From: the human T2T-CHM13v2.0 reference genome, Homo sapiens | DNA: 64,000 nt | Assembly: GCF_009914755.1 (NCBI RefSeq) | Contig: NC_060931.1 | Direction: 5' to 3' (one strand) | Part shown: positions 40,695 to 55,718 of the stretch, one piece after another | Position numbering within the stretch: position 1 is the first letter of the stretch | Layout: every line of letters starts with the position of its first letter | Notes under the pieces: generated by a model | Told to the model about the DNA's origin: nothing | The model's database searches: none | What the model saw: the letters and a program-made list of their open reading frames with translations, nothing else | Translations under genes and position numbers: made by a program

Positions 40695-43102
40695 TGTATT
40701 AGTCCATTCTTGCACTACTATAAAGAAATACCTGAGATGAGTAATTTATAAGGAAAAGAGATTTAATTGGCTCATGATTCTTTAGGCTGTACAGGAAGCA
40801 TGGCACTATCTGCCCAGCTTCTGGGAAGGCCATAGGAAAGCTACAATCATGGTAGAGGATGAAGGGGGAAGTAGGCACATCTGCAAGGCCAGAACAGGAG
40901 GAAGACAGAGAAAGGGTAGTGCCACACAGTTTCAAACACCCAGACCTAATGGGAACTCTATCACAAGAACATCACCAAAGGGATGGTGCTTAAACATTCA
41001 TGAAGGATTCACCCCCATGATCCAATCACCCCATCCCCAAACCAGGCTCTACCTTCAATACTGAGTATGCAATTTAACATGAGATTTGGGTATGGACACA
41101 GATCCAAACTGTATCATTCTGTCCCTGGCCCCTCTAAAATCTCATGTACTCACATTGCAAAATGCAATCATCCCTTCTCTACAGTTCCCAAACTCTTAAC
41201 TCATTCTAGCATTAACTAAAAAGTCCAAAGTCCAAGGTCTCATCTGAGACAAGGCTAGTCCCTTCCACCTATGAGCCTGTTAAAATAAAAAAAACAAGTT
41301 AGTTCCTATCAGGATACAATGGGAATATAGGCATTTAGTAAATACTCCCATTCCAAAAAGGAGAAATTGGCCAAAAGAAGGGGGAATCAGGCCCCATGCA
41401 CATCAAAAACCCAGTAGGGTGGTCGTTAAATCTTAGCTCTTCAAAATAATCTCCTTCGACTTCATTCCTCATATCCAGGGCACACTGGTGTAAGAAGTGG
41501 GGCTTCCAAGGCCTTGGACAGCTCTTCTCCTGTGGCTTTGTAGGGGTCAGTACCCGTGGCTACTCTCATGGGCTGGTATTGAGAGCCTATGGCTTTTCCA
41601 GGTGCAGGATGCGAGCTGCCAGTGGTTCTACCATTCCAGGATTTGGGGAATGGTGGCTCTCTTCTCATGGCTCCACTAGGTGGTACCCCAGCAGGAACTC
41701 TGTGTGCAGGCTCCAGCCCATATTTTCCTTCAGCACTGCCCTAGGATAGGTTTTCCAAGAGGGCTCCATTCCTGCAGCAGGCTTCTTCTGGGACATTGAA
41801 TCTTTTCCACATATCCTCTGAAATCTAGGTAGAGGCTCCCAAGCCTCAACTATTTCACACTATGAACCCACAGGCTTAACACCATATGGAAATGGCCAAA
41901 ATTTACAGTTTGCACTTTCTGAAGCAGTGACCCTACCTGAGCCTCTTTGAGCCATGACTGGAGCTGGAGCAGCCGGGATGTGAGACAAAGTTCCCCAAGG
42001 CTGTGCAGACCAGTAGGGCTCTGGGCTCCTCCCATAAAACCATTCTTCCCTCCTAGCCTTCCAAGCCTATGATGGGAGGGGCTGCCATAAAGGTCTCTGA
42101 AATGCCTTTGAGGTAGTTGGCTCCTTTTCACATATGCACATATCTGCAGCCTGCCTGAATTCCTCCCTCTGAATATTGTCTTTTCTTTTCTACCACATAG
42201 CCAGGCTGCAAATGTTTCAAACTTTATGTTCTACTTCCCTTTTAAATATAAGCTACACTTTTATATCATTTCTTTGCTCAAGTATGAGCACAGATTGTTA
42301 GAAGTAGCCAAGCCAAATCCTGAAAGTTTTGTCCTTAGAAATTTCTTCTACCAGATATCCTAAATTATCATTCTGAAGTTGAAACTTCCACAGATTCCTA
42401 GGGCAGAGGCACAATGCCTCCAACCTCTTTGCTAATGCATAGCAAAAGTGACCTTTATTCCAGTTCCCAATTGGTTCCCCATCTCCATCTGAGACCTCCT
42501 CAGCTTGCTCTTCTACTATTGGCATTTGGTCATAACCATTCAACAAGTCTCTAGGAAGTTCCAAATTTTCTCTCATTTTCCTGTCTTCTTATGAACCAAT
42601 GTTTGCCTGTTCCCAATTCCAAAGCTGCATCCACATTTTCAGGTGTCTTTCTAGCAATACCCTACTCCTTGGTACAAATTTTCAGTATATTCCATTCTTG
42701 CCCTTCTATTAAGAAATACCTGACACTGTGTAATTTATAAAGAAAAGATGTTTAATTGGCTGGTAATTCTGTAGGTTGTACAGGAAACATGGCAGCATCT
42801 GCTTCACTTCCGAAAGGGCCTCAGGAAGCCTACAATCAATGTGGAAGGCGAAGGGGGAAGCAGGTACATCTTACATTTCCAGAGCAGAAGGAAGAGAAGG
42901 AGGTGGGGGATGCCATACACTTTTAAACATCCAGATCTTGTGAGAACTCTGTCATGAGAACACCACCAAAGGGATGGCACTAAACCATTCATGAAGGATC
43001 CACCCCCATGATCCAATCACCTCCCACCAGGCCCCACCTCCAATACAGGGGATTACAAATGAACATGAGATTTGGGTGGAGACACAGATACAAATCATAT
43101 CA
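40695..43102 (-). mobile_element. Full-length MSTA MaLR provirus (LTR 40695-41116, internal, LTR about 42684-43102)
   Basis: Two homologous MST LTRs around a ~1.57-kb MST/THE1-type internal region. Perfect 5-bp TSD CTTGC at 40690 and 43103. Confidence 0.92.
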
Positions 43103-45001
43103 CTTGCTAAATTGGTATAGACTATGCTTATCCTGTGATGAGAAAACACAACTTTACATGTGATCTCATAAAGTTTTCTATTTCAAAAGTTCTATCACTC
43201 CATCTTGCTTTGTTCCTTTCAATCATGAGGAAAAAGATGTGTGACAAGAGGGTAGTTTTCTCTGTGTTTTCTTGATCCAATGATTCTTGCCTCCTCTATG
43301 TTTCTGTTAATTATTTTCTTTTAGAATAATTTTCTCTCACTAATATTCTCATTAACTGCTTTTTTCCAGACATATCCAATTTTCTCTATTTAAAACAAAA
43401 CAAAATAAGGAACACCACTCCTTCTTTACCCAAAGCATTTTCTCAGTTTGTCATTTTCTTTGCCATCTTAAATTTGTTTTTGTATTTTTACTAACATCTA
43501 TCAATTTATTTATAGTAGAAATTAATTTTAGCATACTCATTTACTTTCTATTCAACTCCTTATATACCTAATTTATTTTTGTTAAGGATGCTCTGCACAC
43601 TGTCAAACTAAATGTTCATTATTTTCAGTTTTCATGATTTTCCTAATGTAAATAGTAACAATTTCCATTGCTTTCTCCACTGCCTAACTAAATCTTCTCC
43701 ACCCACTCCTTCCAAAGCCCACTATAGCATTGGTATTATCAGTTGGATATATTATCTCCTACGTACCTACAAAAAATCTGTTTTTGTTATTAATTCATAA
43801 GCTCATAATTAAATCTTCATCTTTACAGCTTTTCTGATCAGTGTCACATTTTCTATTCCATTTACGTTTATAACCACATATTCTGCAGTTTCCTTAACTC
43901 ATCATGTCTGCAAAATAGTCATTAAATGATTTGCATAACCATCTCTTTCTTCTCATTTCTCTAATTCTGTTAACATTGAAGTTTTCTTGGCTCATTCCTC
44001 CCATTTTCATATGTCTGCTTATGTGTTAAACCATGTTGGATCTTGCATCTCAAATTCATTCTTCCCCTCCATTTCCAATATTACCTCAAGGGTTAATTGC
44101 TTCTCACCTGGACTTCTGTGTATATGCGGCATTTTTACACTGAAGGGGATTTTTGTTATAGGATAGTAACAAATACACTTGTAATAGTAATAGCTTTTGC
44201 ATATTAAATAGATATTTTGTTCCTTGAGTAATGATAATGGGAAGTAGGTGATGTCTTTGAAAGAAAATCAAACAAAACCCATAAATAAATAAATCTATTA
44301 TGAAATATTTCTGGGGATGTAATAAAGTTATTTATTTTTATATGAAACTATAATGAAGAGACTGCTATACGAGTACTCTGATAGTGGGCCTGGAAATAAT
44401 TATAGATGTCACAGGATCAGGAGAAATCAAATACATCATTAAACAATAATTGTGAAAAGCTTCACAAATAAAGCAGCTAAGGGTGTATGGTAAACGTGGT
44501 TGTGAAATACTAATTTTGATTTCTTATGGTTTGTTTGTTGTCTTGATACTAAGTAAGGTTTTTTTTTTTTTGAAGAACATTAAATTTTTGGCAAACAGGT
44601 TCTTGTTTGGCTTTTATATTTTATGTAGATTGTTTTCGGAATAGGAGTAATGAGAAAGTAGAAGTTAAGGAGTAAAGGCAAAGTGTAAACAGACTCACAA
44701 GCAGCCCATCACTTGGACTCTCTTCTTCTCTCCAGTTCGTTCCCTAGAGGTTTTTTGGTAAGGTATATCAGCAGCTTTTATTGGAAATAAAATTAAGTGC
44801 AGAAGACACTGGCAAGATCTCTTACAAACACCTACCATTTCAGAGAAGAAGAGCTGGGGATGAGCATGGGATGGATGGAAGATAGGATGACTATATTCAA
44901 GTATGTTTTAACCTATGCTGAACAGCAGAAGTTAATGGAAGCTGCCCCACACAGACTCTAGCTGAGTAGGGTCAGCTTATTTCTAATGAGACCTAAGTAT
45001 T

Positions 45002-45322
45002 TGCCTCAGTCTACCTGTGTACTATAACAACATATACTAAGCTGGGTAACTTATAAACAACTGAAATTTATTTCTTACAATCCTAGAGTCTGGAATGTCC
45101 AGGATAAGCATGGTTCTGGTGACAGCCCACTTCCTTCATATATGGATGTCTTCTCACTGTGACCTCACATGGCAAAGGGACTAGCCTGCCCTCCAGGGTC
45201 TCTTATAAGGGCACTGATCTCAATCACAGCTTCCAAAGGTCTTAGCTCTTACTATAATCACCTTAGGGATTAGGATTTCAACCTACAAGTGCTGGGTGGA
45301 CACAAACATTCAGACTGTAGCA
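45002..45322 (-). mobile_element. MLT1A MaLR solo LTR
   Basis: ctgggtaacttataaacaactgaaatttatttc...acacaaacattcagactgtagca. Confidence 0.85.
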
Positions 45323-46669
45323 GTTCGTACTGGAGACCATTATAGACAGAATAACACAGAAAAATTTGGAGTACTGTGATTTAGTCATTTACGAGGCTTT
45401 GAAATCGTTGTCATGACTTCCTTTGAGAAAATTTGGCTATATGAATCAAAAGCATAAAATACATGTATACTTATTGACTTGGCAATATAATTTATCAAAA
45501 TTTATCCTGAGGAATAATCTATGTCAAAATTACATCAAGGATATGTATCATCATTTATGATAGTACACTGTAAAGCTACATAAATATCTAACAAGAGAAG
45601 CCAGGCTATGCAAAATGATACATTCACACATTCGCATACGAAACACCACTAAGATTCAGCTCTCAAATAATTTTTAGAGATTTTGAAGAATACCTCATTT
45701 CATAATGTCAAATAATGCAGGAACAAGATTTATCGGTATTGCAGGTTCAAAATTGTATATATGGGTGTGAAGATAGAGAGAGAGAGTGAGAGATAGATGA
45801 TAAAATACTTCAAAATATTAGTGATGGTTTTTACCTAGAAAAAGAAACTCAGGGTTTTTTGTTATTTTAATTCTAAACAAAATTATATTGCACTTTTCCA
45901 AAGCTTACTTTATAATAATTGATGTACTTTATCATTGTCCTCATGTAGTTTTTACTATTTTTATGTCATTTTAGTCTATATTGCTAATGTATTTTCCTTA
46001 TTGTTTTGATGCTCTTGTTTTTTATGTAAGTAGGATTGAATTATTTGTCTTATTTGAAATTTGTTTTTAATTTTTTAGAATTAAATGGCTTATCAGACAT
46101 TTAGAAGAAAAAGAAGAACAAAGCTGCAATATAAAAAATTACTCTAGCAGAAATTCAGATATGTTAGGAAAGTAGAAAAGAGAATCAATATTTATAATGT
46201 AAAAACTTTTAAATAGTATATGTTTTGAAAGAAAAAGAAGTATAATCAAATACATATTTGAAGAGTACTTTGTAGAATTGAATAAAGAAATTGGTTTCAA
46301 AAACAAAGAAATATTTTCAGGCAAACTTAATAAAAAAGATTCATATATATATATTTAATTTCAAGGATAAAAAGGGGCTCCTGGAATATCTTTTCAGACA
46401 AATTTATATCAGGTTTGCTACGAAATTCTCCCCCATTCAACATCAGATGTATATGAATCAACATTTATAGAATAAGCAGGGAGAAGATGTCTTCTAATTT
46501 TCTAAAGTATTTCAAGTTTTTTATATACAAAAGTGAAATATAAACATTTCACTCTTGATGAAAGTTGTCTTGTCTGTTCTGGATCTTTCATTTCAACAGA
46601 GGCTATTACTGAAATTGACTGAGGATGATCAGCCTCATAGACACCTACCTGAATTTGAAATGTGTCTCT

Positions 46670-47160
46670 TTCATTTGCTCATTCATTCAGTCCACAAATA
46701 TTCATCAAGCCCCTGCTATATGTATGGCACTATTTTAAGTAATGGGAATAGAAGAGGGTATAAGATGGACATATCCATGACCTATTGTTCCTTTTATTCC
46801 AGTAGGGAGACAGAGAAGTTAGAAATAAGTAAGTAAATGGTTTAATAATTTTATAAATATTTAGGTCTCGTCAAAAGTTTCTATTTTGTATTAGATCAAG
46901 ATAATTTCAAATCACTCTTACAATATCTAAATAGCATAGGGTTATTGGTGAGGCTTTAAATTTGGATTCCTGGAGTATTTGAGTTGTCTCTAATAATTAC
47001 TAGCTGTGTAACCTTTGGCAAGGGATTTAATCTCTTTTGTGTTTCACTGATGAAAGTAAACATTTCAAGGGTTTATTTCAAAACTTAAACCAGGTAATAT
47101 ATGTGAAGTGCTTAAGTCCATCCAAGAATATAGTAGTGTTCATAAATCCTGTTATTATTA
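46670..47160. mobile_element. L2 3' fragment and MIR fragment
   Basis: cattcattcagtccacaaatattcatcaagcccctgctatatg (L2). tactagctgtgtaacctttggcaag (MIR). Confidence 0.6.
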
Positions 47161-48061
47161 TTCAAAGGAATCTCTGAAATGTCACAAGATAACACTCATA
47201 ATAATAACATGAAAATTAGAAAATAAATTTCCAATCTTGTCTAAAACATGTAAAGCAACATTTTATTTTCCCTCTTGTTTCCTTCACATCTTGGTCTAAA
47301 TGGAAAAGAAACGATTTGATATTGGAAAGGCCATGAATATGTGGGCGGGTGGCAGCAGCTGTTTTGTCTCCAGCAAGATCCAATGCATTGCATACAATTT
47401 AGTTAACTTACTCTGACATGAATAAATGTCTTGCATCTTGAAATATCATTCCTATGTGATTCGTATGCTCCAAAGAAAATGAAATCAAGAAGGTCAAAAA
47501 ATATCATTCTCACACATCTTGAATCACAGCTTTCCTATTTATTATAAACATCGAGCTAGAAAATGCTACCAATCACAAAACCCCAGAAAAGAAATAAAGT
47601 CTAATGTAAATTACAAATGATAGGGTGTGATTCCATAGTTGAAATTGAGTAAAGAGTGGTGGAGAGCACTGAAAGATTCATCACCAAGTGTCAAACATGA
47701 TTACACAGATGGCAGAGAGGATCCATCACACAAAGGTATAGGAATTGGAAGCAGCTTGATGACAGAGTTTTCATAATTTGTGTTTATAGTCTTCTGAGTT
47801 CTAAAGAAAGTTTAGAAGGGTGATGAATTTTTTAACTATAAAGGTTTTCAAGGAGACATCTCCTTGGTTTGTTCACAAGTGAGGCATAGGAGCTCATGCA
47901 TGATCTTCTAGAATACAAAACAGTCAGAAATGTCCAAGGTGTAACTGGCCTAAAGACATGACATTTCTGTTCTGGGGGGAAATGATGTTGGGTGTGCAGG
48001 GAGGGATGAGGAGGAGGAGAATCCTGGCAGATCTCTGTGCATAAGAGATTCAGGGGAAGGG

Positions 48062-48442
<381 letters not shown>

Positions 48443-50949
48443 TCATGGATAGAATGTTAGATATAATTCACACTTGAATGTGAGTATCAGCTAACATATT
48501 GTGCCATGTAAAATCTTTTGAAGATGATTCAACCTCTTCAAGGTCACACGTAGTTGATTAGGAACAATAATAATGCTTCACAGACCTGTGAAGAATAAAT
48601 GAGTTGATGTATCATAGCCTCAGAGTACAATGACTCTCATATAGCAAGCTCTACATAAAATGTAGTCATTGTTACTATTGTTATTGTATTATTATTCTAT
48701 AAATGGATGTGGTGGAAGCACCACAGCCAGCTTGTCTCCTTCCTAGAGTTAATGGGCTGGCCCTTTAAACTGGAGGCGACATATTCAGTCCTGAATAAAG
48801 ACATTTCTCCAAACATTTAATAGAGGCAGAGTCTGTCATTTCCCCTCTAAAATGGCTTAATTTTAAAATACCTGATCTGACAACAGTTATGTAAGGCATT
48901 GTCAAAAGCCTGCCTGCTAGAGAACTAGCTCTTTAAGGGTTATGCCTGAAGTCTGGAGGTGGCCTAATAAGATGATGCAGGGAACAGTTCCATTCCAGAG
49001 GAATCAGTATTTGACAACTATCTGAAGTCCCAACTTGGCTCTCGACTGAGGTCTAATCATTTCCCTGATTGCTTTCTAATAGCTCTGAGATGAAGCCCAG
49101 AGGGCTGCTGGCAGGCCTCCCTGCACAAGAGCATGGAGGGTGCTGCACAGGTGACTACACTGGCTCCTGGCTCACAGAATGCCTGGCTCAGCAGTGAGAC
49201 CAGCAAAAGGCTTGGTGGCCACGATGAATCACTTCACATTTCTTAAATGAAAGAGTCCATAATTCCCAATGGTGGTTTCATTTCTCATCTTAAAATTGTA
49301 ACATTCTCTTTCTAATTCTATTTTATTTCCTGGAATTTTAACTTCTCATTTTGGAAGAAATATATAAACAGTTCTAGATATAGATCATAGTGTGATATTT
49401 TCAAAGAGAAGTTGGCATGTAACGTTCATACAAAAACATTAAACAAAGGCTTATATGTGCTGTGTTACTACTAAAGATACATGTTAAATTTTCTCTTAGG
49501 AAATAAATGTATTTGAGCAACAATAGCCTCATTTCACTGGGGATCCAGAGTGACTTCTGGTAATAGATTCTACCACTGACAAATCCATTTCAAGGATCAT
49601 GGGAGACCCACGACGACACTTGGATGATTTGACTAGGTTGAATAAGAAACTACTTTTGTGCTTTCATTTTAAGTGTCCCCGAAGGTTGAAAAATCACAGG
49701 GTCACAGTTTCTAAAAGCCCAGAAATAAAGAAAAGTCTCTTCATGTCAAAAATGGAAATTGGGATCAAATTGTAAATCTTCCACTATAGGAAATTGCACT
49801 TTTGCTGTTACAAAATGATTTACTTAGCCTCAACACACATCATTAGCATTAATAGCTTTCTTCAAATGAAATAATAAACAATAATCCCAGCTTTCCAAAG
49901 TATTTAATAATATCAGATGAATTTTAAAAATTTCTTTCACTAGGATTTCTAAAAAGTAAAACAAAAGTACTTTCCTAGACCACTGTAAAAGTCACAGAAA
50001 TGTTTTTAGTTGTAATTTGATTAATTTGGCATGTCTGGGTTGCTCAAGTATATTTACTTCATATGGATTTTGATTATCACAGCGTATCCTTTTTTTGTTG
50101 TTATCCAATAAGAGGGTTTCTGCTGTTTTTCAATCTGAAGCAGAGTGCTGTCACCAACAGTCTTAGTTTTTGATCATTTGTATATAGATGTGCCACAATT
50201 GAGTATAATTGTTCATATTTTTTTCACTGTCTTTAATGCAAGAAAAGTCCTAATGAAACATCTTAGTGTACTGCAAGATCTCAGATTGTTGGGGATTAAC
50301 TTGCAGCATGACACATAACTGGATTTTATTTACAGTCGGTATGAACTTTCCTTGAGGTGCATTGTTTAGATTTATATACACAGAATGAAATTCTTTCAAG
50401 CTACCAGTGAAGGGTTCCTTGGCTAATGGAGTCCTCCATGGAGACTAAATGGATGTTCTAACTGCTCCACCTTCTGTATGTCTCCACTTATATTCAAGTA
50501 GAAAGAAAGTACTTATGATATTTCAGAAATACCATACTCTTTCTTTCTGGGGAAAAATCAGGAGAAACAGCTCACTAATTTCAGCAAAAAGAACATAATG
50601 GCATGGTACTTTCTAATTTCCACAAAGGGAAGTTTACCTTCAGCAATATAGCAATCCCAGCCAATTGTCAACTGATCAAATACAGGCTATTTCATGTGAC
50701 AACCCATTTCCCGTATTCATGAGGGTACTTAGCATATAGCAGGGGCTCAGAAAATGCTTGTTACCTGAAAAAGTGGATGAATGAGCAAATGTGGTGAACA
50801 TCTGTTATTCAAAAGCTTTCTGAAAATTCAAATTAAAGGCATGTTTCAGTTTCCATAAACAAACTTCACGTCACTCACCAGCTTTTCCTAGGCTGAGTTT
50901 GATGTACTTTTTGAAATTTTTTCCCAATGCAGAGCTTGCAGGTTGACTT

Positions 50950-51960
50950 TTATTCATTCATTCATATATCAATAAATGTTTGCAAGTTCCTGATAGTGCA
51001 AGAAACTATGTTAAATGCTAAAAACTCAGTGGTGAATAGAGTATCTGTGATGCCTGTCTTTATGGATCTTAAATTCTAACAGAGGAAGGACAGGCATCAA
51101 AATAATTTATACATTTATATTTGTGATGGGGGGAGGTACATGAAGGCATATACAAAAGAAACCAACATAATCTACAAAAATGGAAGAAGGCATGAAAAAG
51201 CATAGCACAATATAATAGCTGAATAACAGTCAATGTGGCTGGAACACAGACCTGGAGGTTGACCTGGAAACCAGGAATGGCACAAAGATGGTCAGGGTCA
51301 CATCCTGCATAGCCTTTAAGGTGAAGCTGAGAACATTGTGCTTTATGCTGTGGCATTATAGCAATGCAAATATGTGAAAACAATTAAGCAGCATCAGGTC
51401 ATTTATTAATAAAGTGAAACAAAAATACATCCTCTTTAAACCATCAAAGAATTAGATGCAACAGTGGACTCAAGAAGGGGAGTTGGGATGCTTTTGCAGT
51501 AGTTGAGGCAAAAGAATTTGGACTTAAAAAAAAACTGGAAAGAAGAAAGAGTTTAGAATGAAATTTAGTGACTGCAGTTGGAAGAATATGGTCTCAACAT
51601 AGGAACGTGGGAATGGATTTCTCATATTTCTAGGTCTTTCTGTTAGATGGAGATTTATCAAGTTCAAGAATGAAGATTTACTGAAAAGTTCCACTTTAAA
51701 CCTAATGGACTGTGATATTTGTTAAAAATTCAAGTGAGATGTTAGATAGACTTGTGTATTCAAGCAGAGATCTCATGATAGGCCTGGTTTAGTGATTTAC
51801 ATAGTTAGTTCCGGGTATATCACTGAAGCTGTGGAGGCAAAATAAATTTTCTACGGAGTCTCAGTGGAATAAAAAGGGATAGAGTTGATCTTTGAGGCAC
51901 CCATGGGTAGCGGGGATTCAAACAAGCTGGCAAAGTAGACCTTGAAAACAACAGATCACA
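50950..51960 (-). mobile_element. L2 LINE relic
   Basis: ttcattcattcat...aataaatgttt L2 tail, followed by purine-rich L2-like sequence. Boundaries approximate. Confidence 0.55.
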
Positions 51961-52556
51961 GTGCTGGCCTTCAATTGCATGGCTTTTTATAGATGATGTG
52001 GAGACATGATTCATTGTGGACTTGACTTGAACCTTGATGAGTTTTATTTAAACAGCAGATATTCAAAATAAAATCGACTTATCTAAATTACCACAGAAAA
52101 ATTCATTGTTTTAAAACAGTCTGTTTTCTGAATTTCCAGGCTTCTCAATGTTGAAGTTGTTAAGAAAGAAAAGAGAAAATTATTGTTCAAATAATCTATG
52201 GGCACTTTTCTATAATTCTAAGTAATTTCTAAGCCAATGCAGAATGCCAGGACCCAATGGCTTGCTGTGGCATCTTTTGGGGCTCTACAGTAAGTTTGCT
52301 GCTGGCAGAAATTTTCTTGCTTTATGTCCTCTGCAATTAAAGATGCAAACTTATATGGAACAATAATTATATAAAATTTTCTCTTAGATCGTTTCCTGAA
52401 ATCAGAGGGCCAGAAAAATCTCACTGTGGATTTTTTTTTACTTCTATAGTACTTTAAATAAGCCAGCAAATCTGTTTCATAATATATTGTGCAATATGTA
52501 CTTTTATTAAATATGATTAGTTTCAACACAGTACAACATATTTGTAAAATCTAAAA

Positions 52557-52737
52557 GAGTCTCTCAGCCTCAACATTATTGACATTTTGCATTGTGTGTG
52601 ATTGGTGCATTCCCTAGCCTCTTTCCACTAGCTGCCAATAGCACTCCCCTACACCTAGTTGTGATAACCTGAGACGGTTTTAGAGATTTCCAAGTATTCA
52701 TTTGGGGGATTAAATTTTGCCCAGTTTAGAACCACTG
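52557..52737 (-). mobile_element. MER20 hAT-Charlie DNA transposon
   Basis: tctcagcctcaacattattgacattttg...agaaccactg. Confidence 0.8.
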
Positions 52738-52899
52738 GTATGAAGAAAATGATAAAATGTACAGCAGTATCTTCCCCTCCCTACCCCAGCCTAAGAAAAT
52801 TACCAATGCCATCACTTGTGTCTCTCCCACCCACCCTTAGTCTTCCTCAAAAATAATAAACCATATTCTTGAATTGTCTTTAATACCTTAATTTTGTCC

Positions 52900-54450
52900 A
52901 TAGTTGCTTGGGGTTTCTTTTTATTTTTCTGTACATTTAAAAATTTTTGAATATATTTTCTAATTGTGTGTGTTTTTATAATGTATACATATTGAATCAT
53001 ATTAATTGTATTACTCTGTGACTGCCTTTCTTCAGTTAATACTCTTCCTGAAATGTAGCAACATGACGAGCGTAGCTGGATGTCACTCATTTGTACTTTT
53101 GCGTAGTTTTACACTGTACGAAAATACCACAATTACTTGTGCTGTAATAGACACTTGGTTTGATTCTAGGTTTTTGGTGTTATAAGTAGTGTTGTTGCAA
53201 GAAACAATTTTGTCTTTATATCTTAAATATTTTTAAGTTTATCTAGAGTAGTGGTCCTTAAGTTGGGGCAATTTCATCCATCCAGGGACATTTGGCAATA
53301 TGTGTAAGGCATTCCAGATTGTCCTGTCTGGAGAGTGTGGCTGGCATCTAGTTGCTGGAGAGAAGGGATACTGCTAAACATCATTCAATACACACAACAG
53401 CCTCTACCCCAGCAAAGAATTCTCCAGCCCAAAATGTCACTGGGACCACTATTTAGAAACCCAGTTCTAAGGCATATTAAGAGCTGATTTACTGAGTGGC
53501 AAGATACATGCCCCTGAACTTTATGGAAATGCCTAAAAGCTTCTCAAAGTGGTTATTATTTACATTCTTACCAGCAGTGAATAAGATTTATACTCTCCGT
53601 CATATGATAATGTAATATTCATATTCTTCTATAAGACTCACAAAAGTTAACCGGAATTCCAGGGACTAATAAAGTCACTTATGTTTTGTTTTCAGTAAAA
53701 TGCCTAATTATTTTTATTTCTATTGGATTATTTGCTTCTTAATGTTTTGTAAATGCTATTTACGTATTTTGGATACTGGTTTTTTCTGCTTTATATTTAT
53801 AGTCTCCACGTTTGTATATTATCTTTTCGTTTGCATTATGGTATCTTTTAATAAGCAGTAGTACTTGATTTTATGGTGCTGAGTTTATTAATCTTCTCAA
53901 TGATTTATATTCTTCAAGTTTTATTTAATAAATCTCTCACCCTAAGGTCAAATGACATTTTTAAAATATTTATAGGTTTTCTTTTTACCTATAAGTCTCT
54001 AATGCACTGTAAATTTATTTTTTATATTGTACATGATAGAATTGTTTTAATTCATTTTCCATATTGAGAACCAATTGCTCTAACATTATTCATTAATTAT
54101 TCTTGCTTTCTCCTAAGATGCAATGCTAGCTTCATTATTAACTAATTTTCACTGGTCTCTTTGAGGCTCACTTTTCTGTTCCAATGGCTTTGTTATCACT
54201 CAGCCAGTAACACTCTGCATTTCTAGAACTATTACGATTCTCATTGCATTGTAGCACACCCCCTTCACTCACCTTGTGCTTCTGCTTCAGGACTAAGTTT
54301 TTCCTTCTAGGCTTTTAGTTCTTCTACATTATCCAGAAGCAGCTTGTAATTTCCAGTCTCCCAAAAGTTCTCTTGTTATTTTAATTGGAATTTTGTTGAA
54401 TGTATCAATTAATTTTGGAAAACTTTATATTTTAAAATACTGTATCTCCC
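52900..54450 (-). mobile_element. Degraded L1ME 3' region, interrupted by MER20
   Basis: tagacacttggttt...ctaggttttt and tttacattcttaccagcagtgaataaga. Confidence 0.6.
53249..53464 (+). mobile_element. MER20 hAT-Charlie DNA transposon
   Basis: agtggtcct...agggacatttggcaat...ctggcatctagt...cccaaaatgtca...agaaaccc. Confidence 0.85.
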
Positions 54451-55279
54451 TGTACATCACTGCCACACCTAATGTATCAAGAAATTCTATTGGTTCTAAT
54501 TTCAAAATCTATCACAAACTGTAGCAGTTACCCTGTTCTAAGCTACCATTACCCCACACCAACATTATGACAATGTTTTTCTGACTTTTCTTCCAGTTTC
54601 TATGGTGAACTTGTTCCTTTTACTGCAATGTTAGATTGTGTCATTTTACCTAGTCCAAATTTTCAAGGGTACCCTATTTCACTCTGAAAGAATGCCAAGT
54701 TCCTATCATCTAGAAGGCTGCACATGCATGGCCCTGGGGAATTCTTCAACACATACTATTCTCTTCCCCTCCCTCCTCTTTTACTGTCTTTCTTTTTCTT
54801 CATTATGATGGGGGCTTGATCCAGTTTGGCTCAGGGTCTTTTAGTTCTTTTGTTTCTGTTTGGCACATTATTTCCCCAGAAGACTTCATTTCTATTTCCC
54901 TCACTTTGTTCACACATTTGTTTGAATGTTGTTATTCACTGAGTTGTTACCTATTTAAAATCCCTACCTCACTCCGTGACATTCATGATCCCATTACCCT
55001 ACTCTGTTGTCTGTTTTGTTATTGATGTTTTGTTTGGTTTTCTTCACTATATTTATTATCTTCTAATATAAAATTTAAGTGACTTTATTATTTAAGTCTA
55101 TAAATAATATAGTCCTCATAAAGGTGGCTATTCTATTTTGTTTGCTGTGTGCTTGCTATTATAAAAGGTGCTCCACAATTATTTTTTGATTTAATGAGCA
55201 ATGGAATAAATACATTGGTTACTAATAATTATTTTAAGAATATATGAAAACAATAGTTGAGCTATTTTATTTGTCATTT

Positions 55280-55718
55280 TGAGGCTGCTCCAATTGTCCC
55301 ATAAAATTGTGTTTACAGTTTGTTAAGATAAGCATATAATTTGGCCTTCCCAGTCTTAAAGCCTGAAACTTACATTTTTCTTAACTGAATTCCTTCCTCA
55401 GGAAGCTGACCCTAAGGCTCCCAGACCATATCAAAGAACTGAAACTCTCCAGATCATCACATCCAGACCAGAAGACAGAACCCACATCCCTCATGATTCT
55501 TTTACCCCTCCCAAATTCCTCTTTACCTGCATGTAGTTACATTTCTTCCTTGCTATATAAACCCCCAATTTTAGTTGGTCAGGGAGGTGGATTTGAGACT
55601 GATCTCCCATCTACTTGGATGCAGCACCAGATTAAAGCATTCTTCTCCAGCAATACTTGTTGTCTTAGTGATTGGCTTTCTGTGAGGTGAGTAGCAGGAC
55701 CTAGGTGTTTTGGTAACA
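55280..55718 (+). mobile_element. Solo LTR, LTR47-like
   Basis: TG...CA termini with ATTT on both flanks. Contains TATATAAA and an ATTAAA poly(A) signal. gtcttaaagcctgaaacttacattt matches recalled LTR47. Confidence 0.8.
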
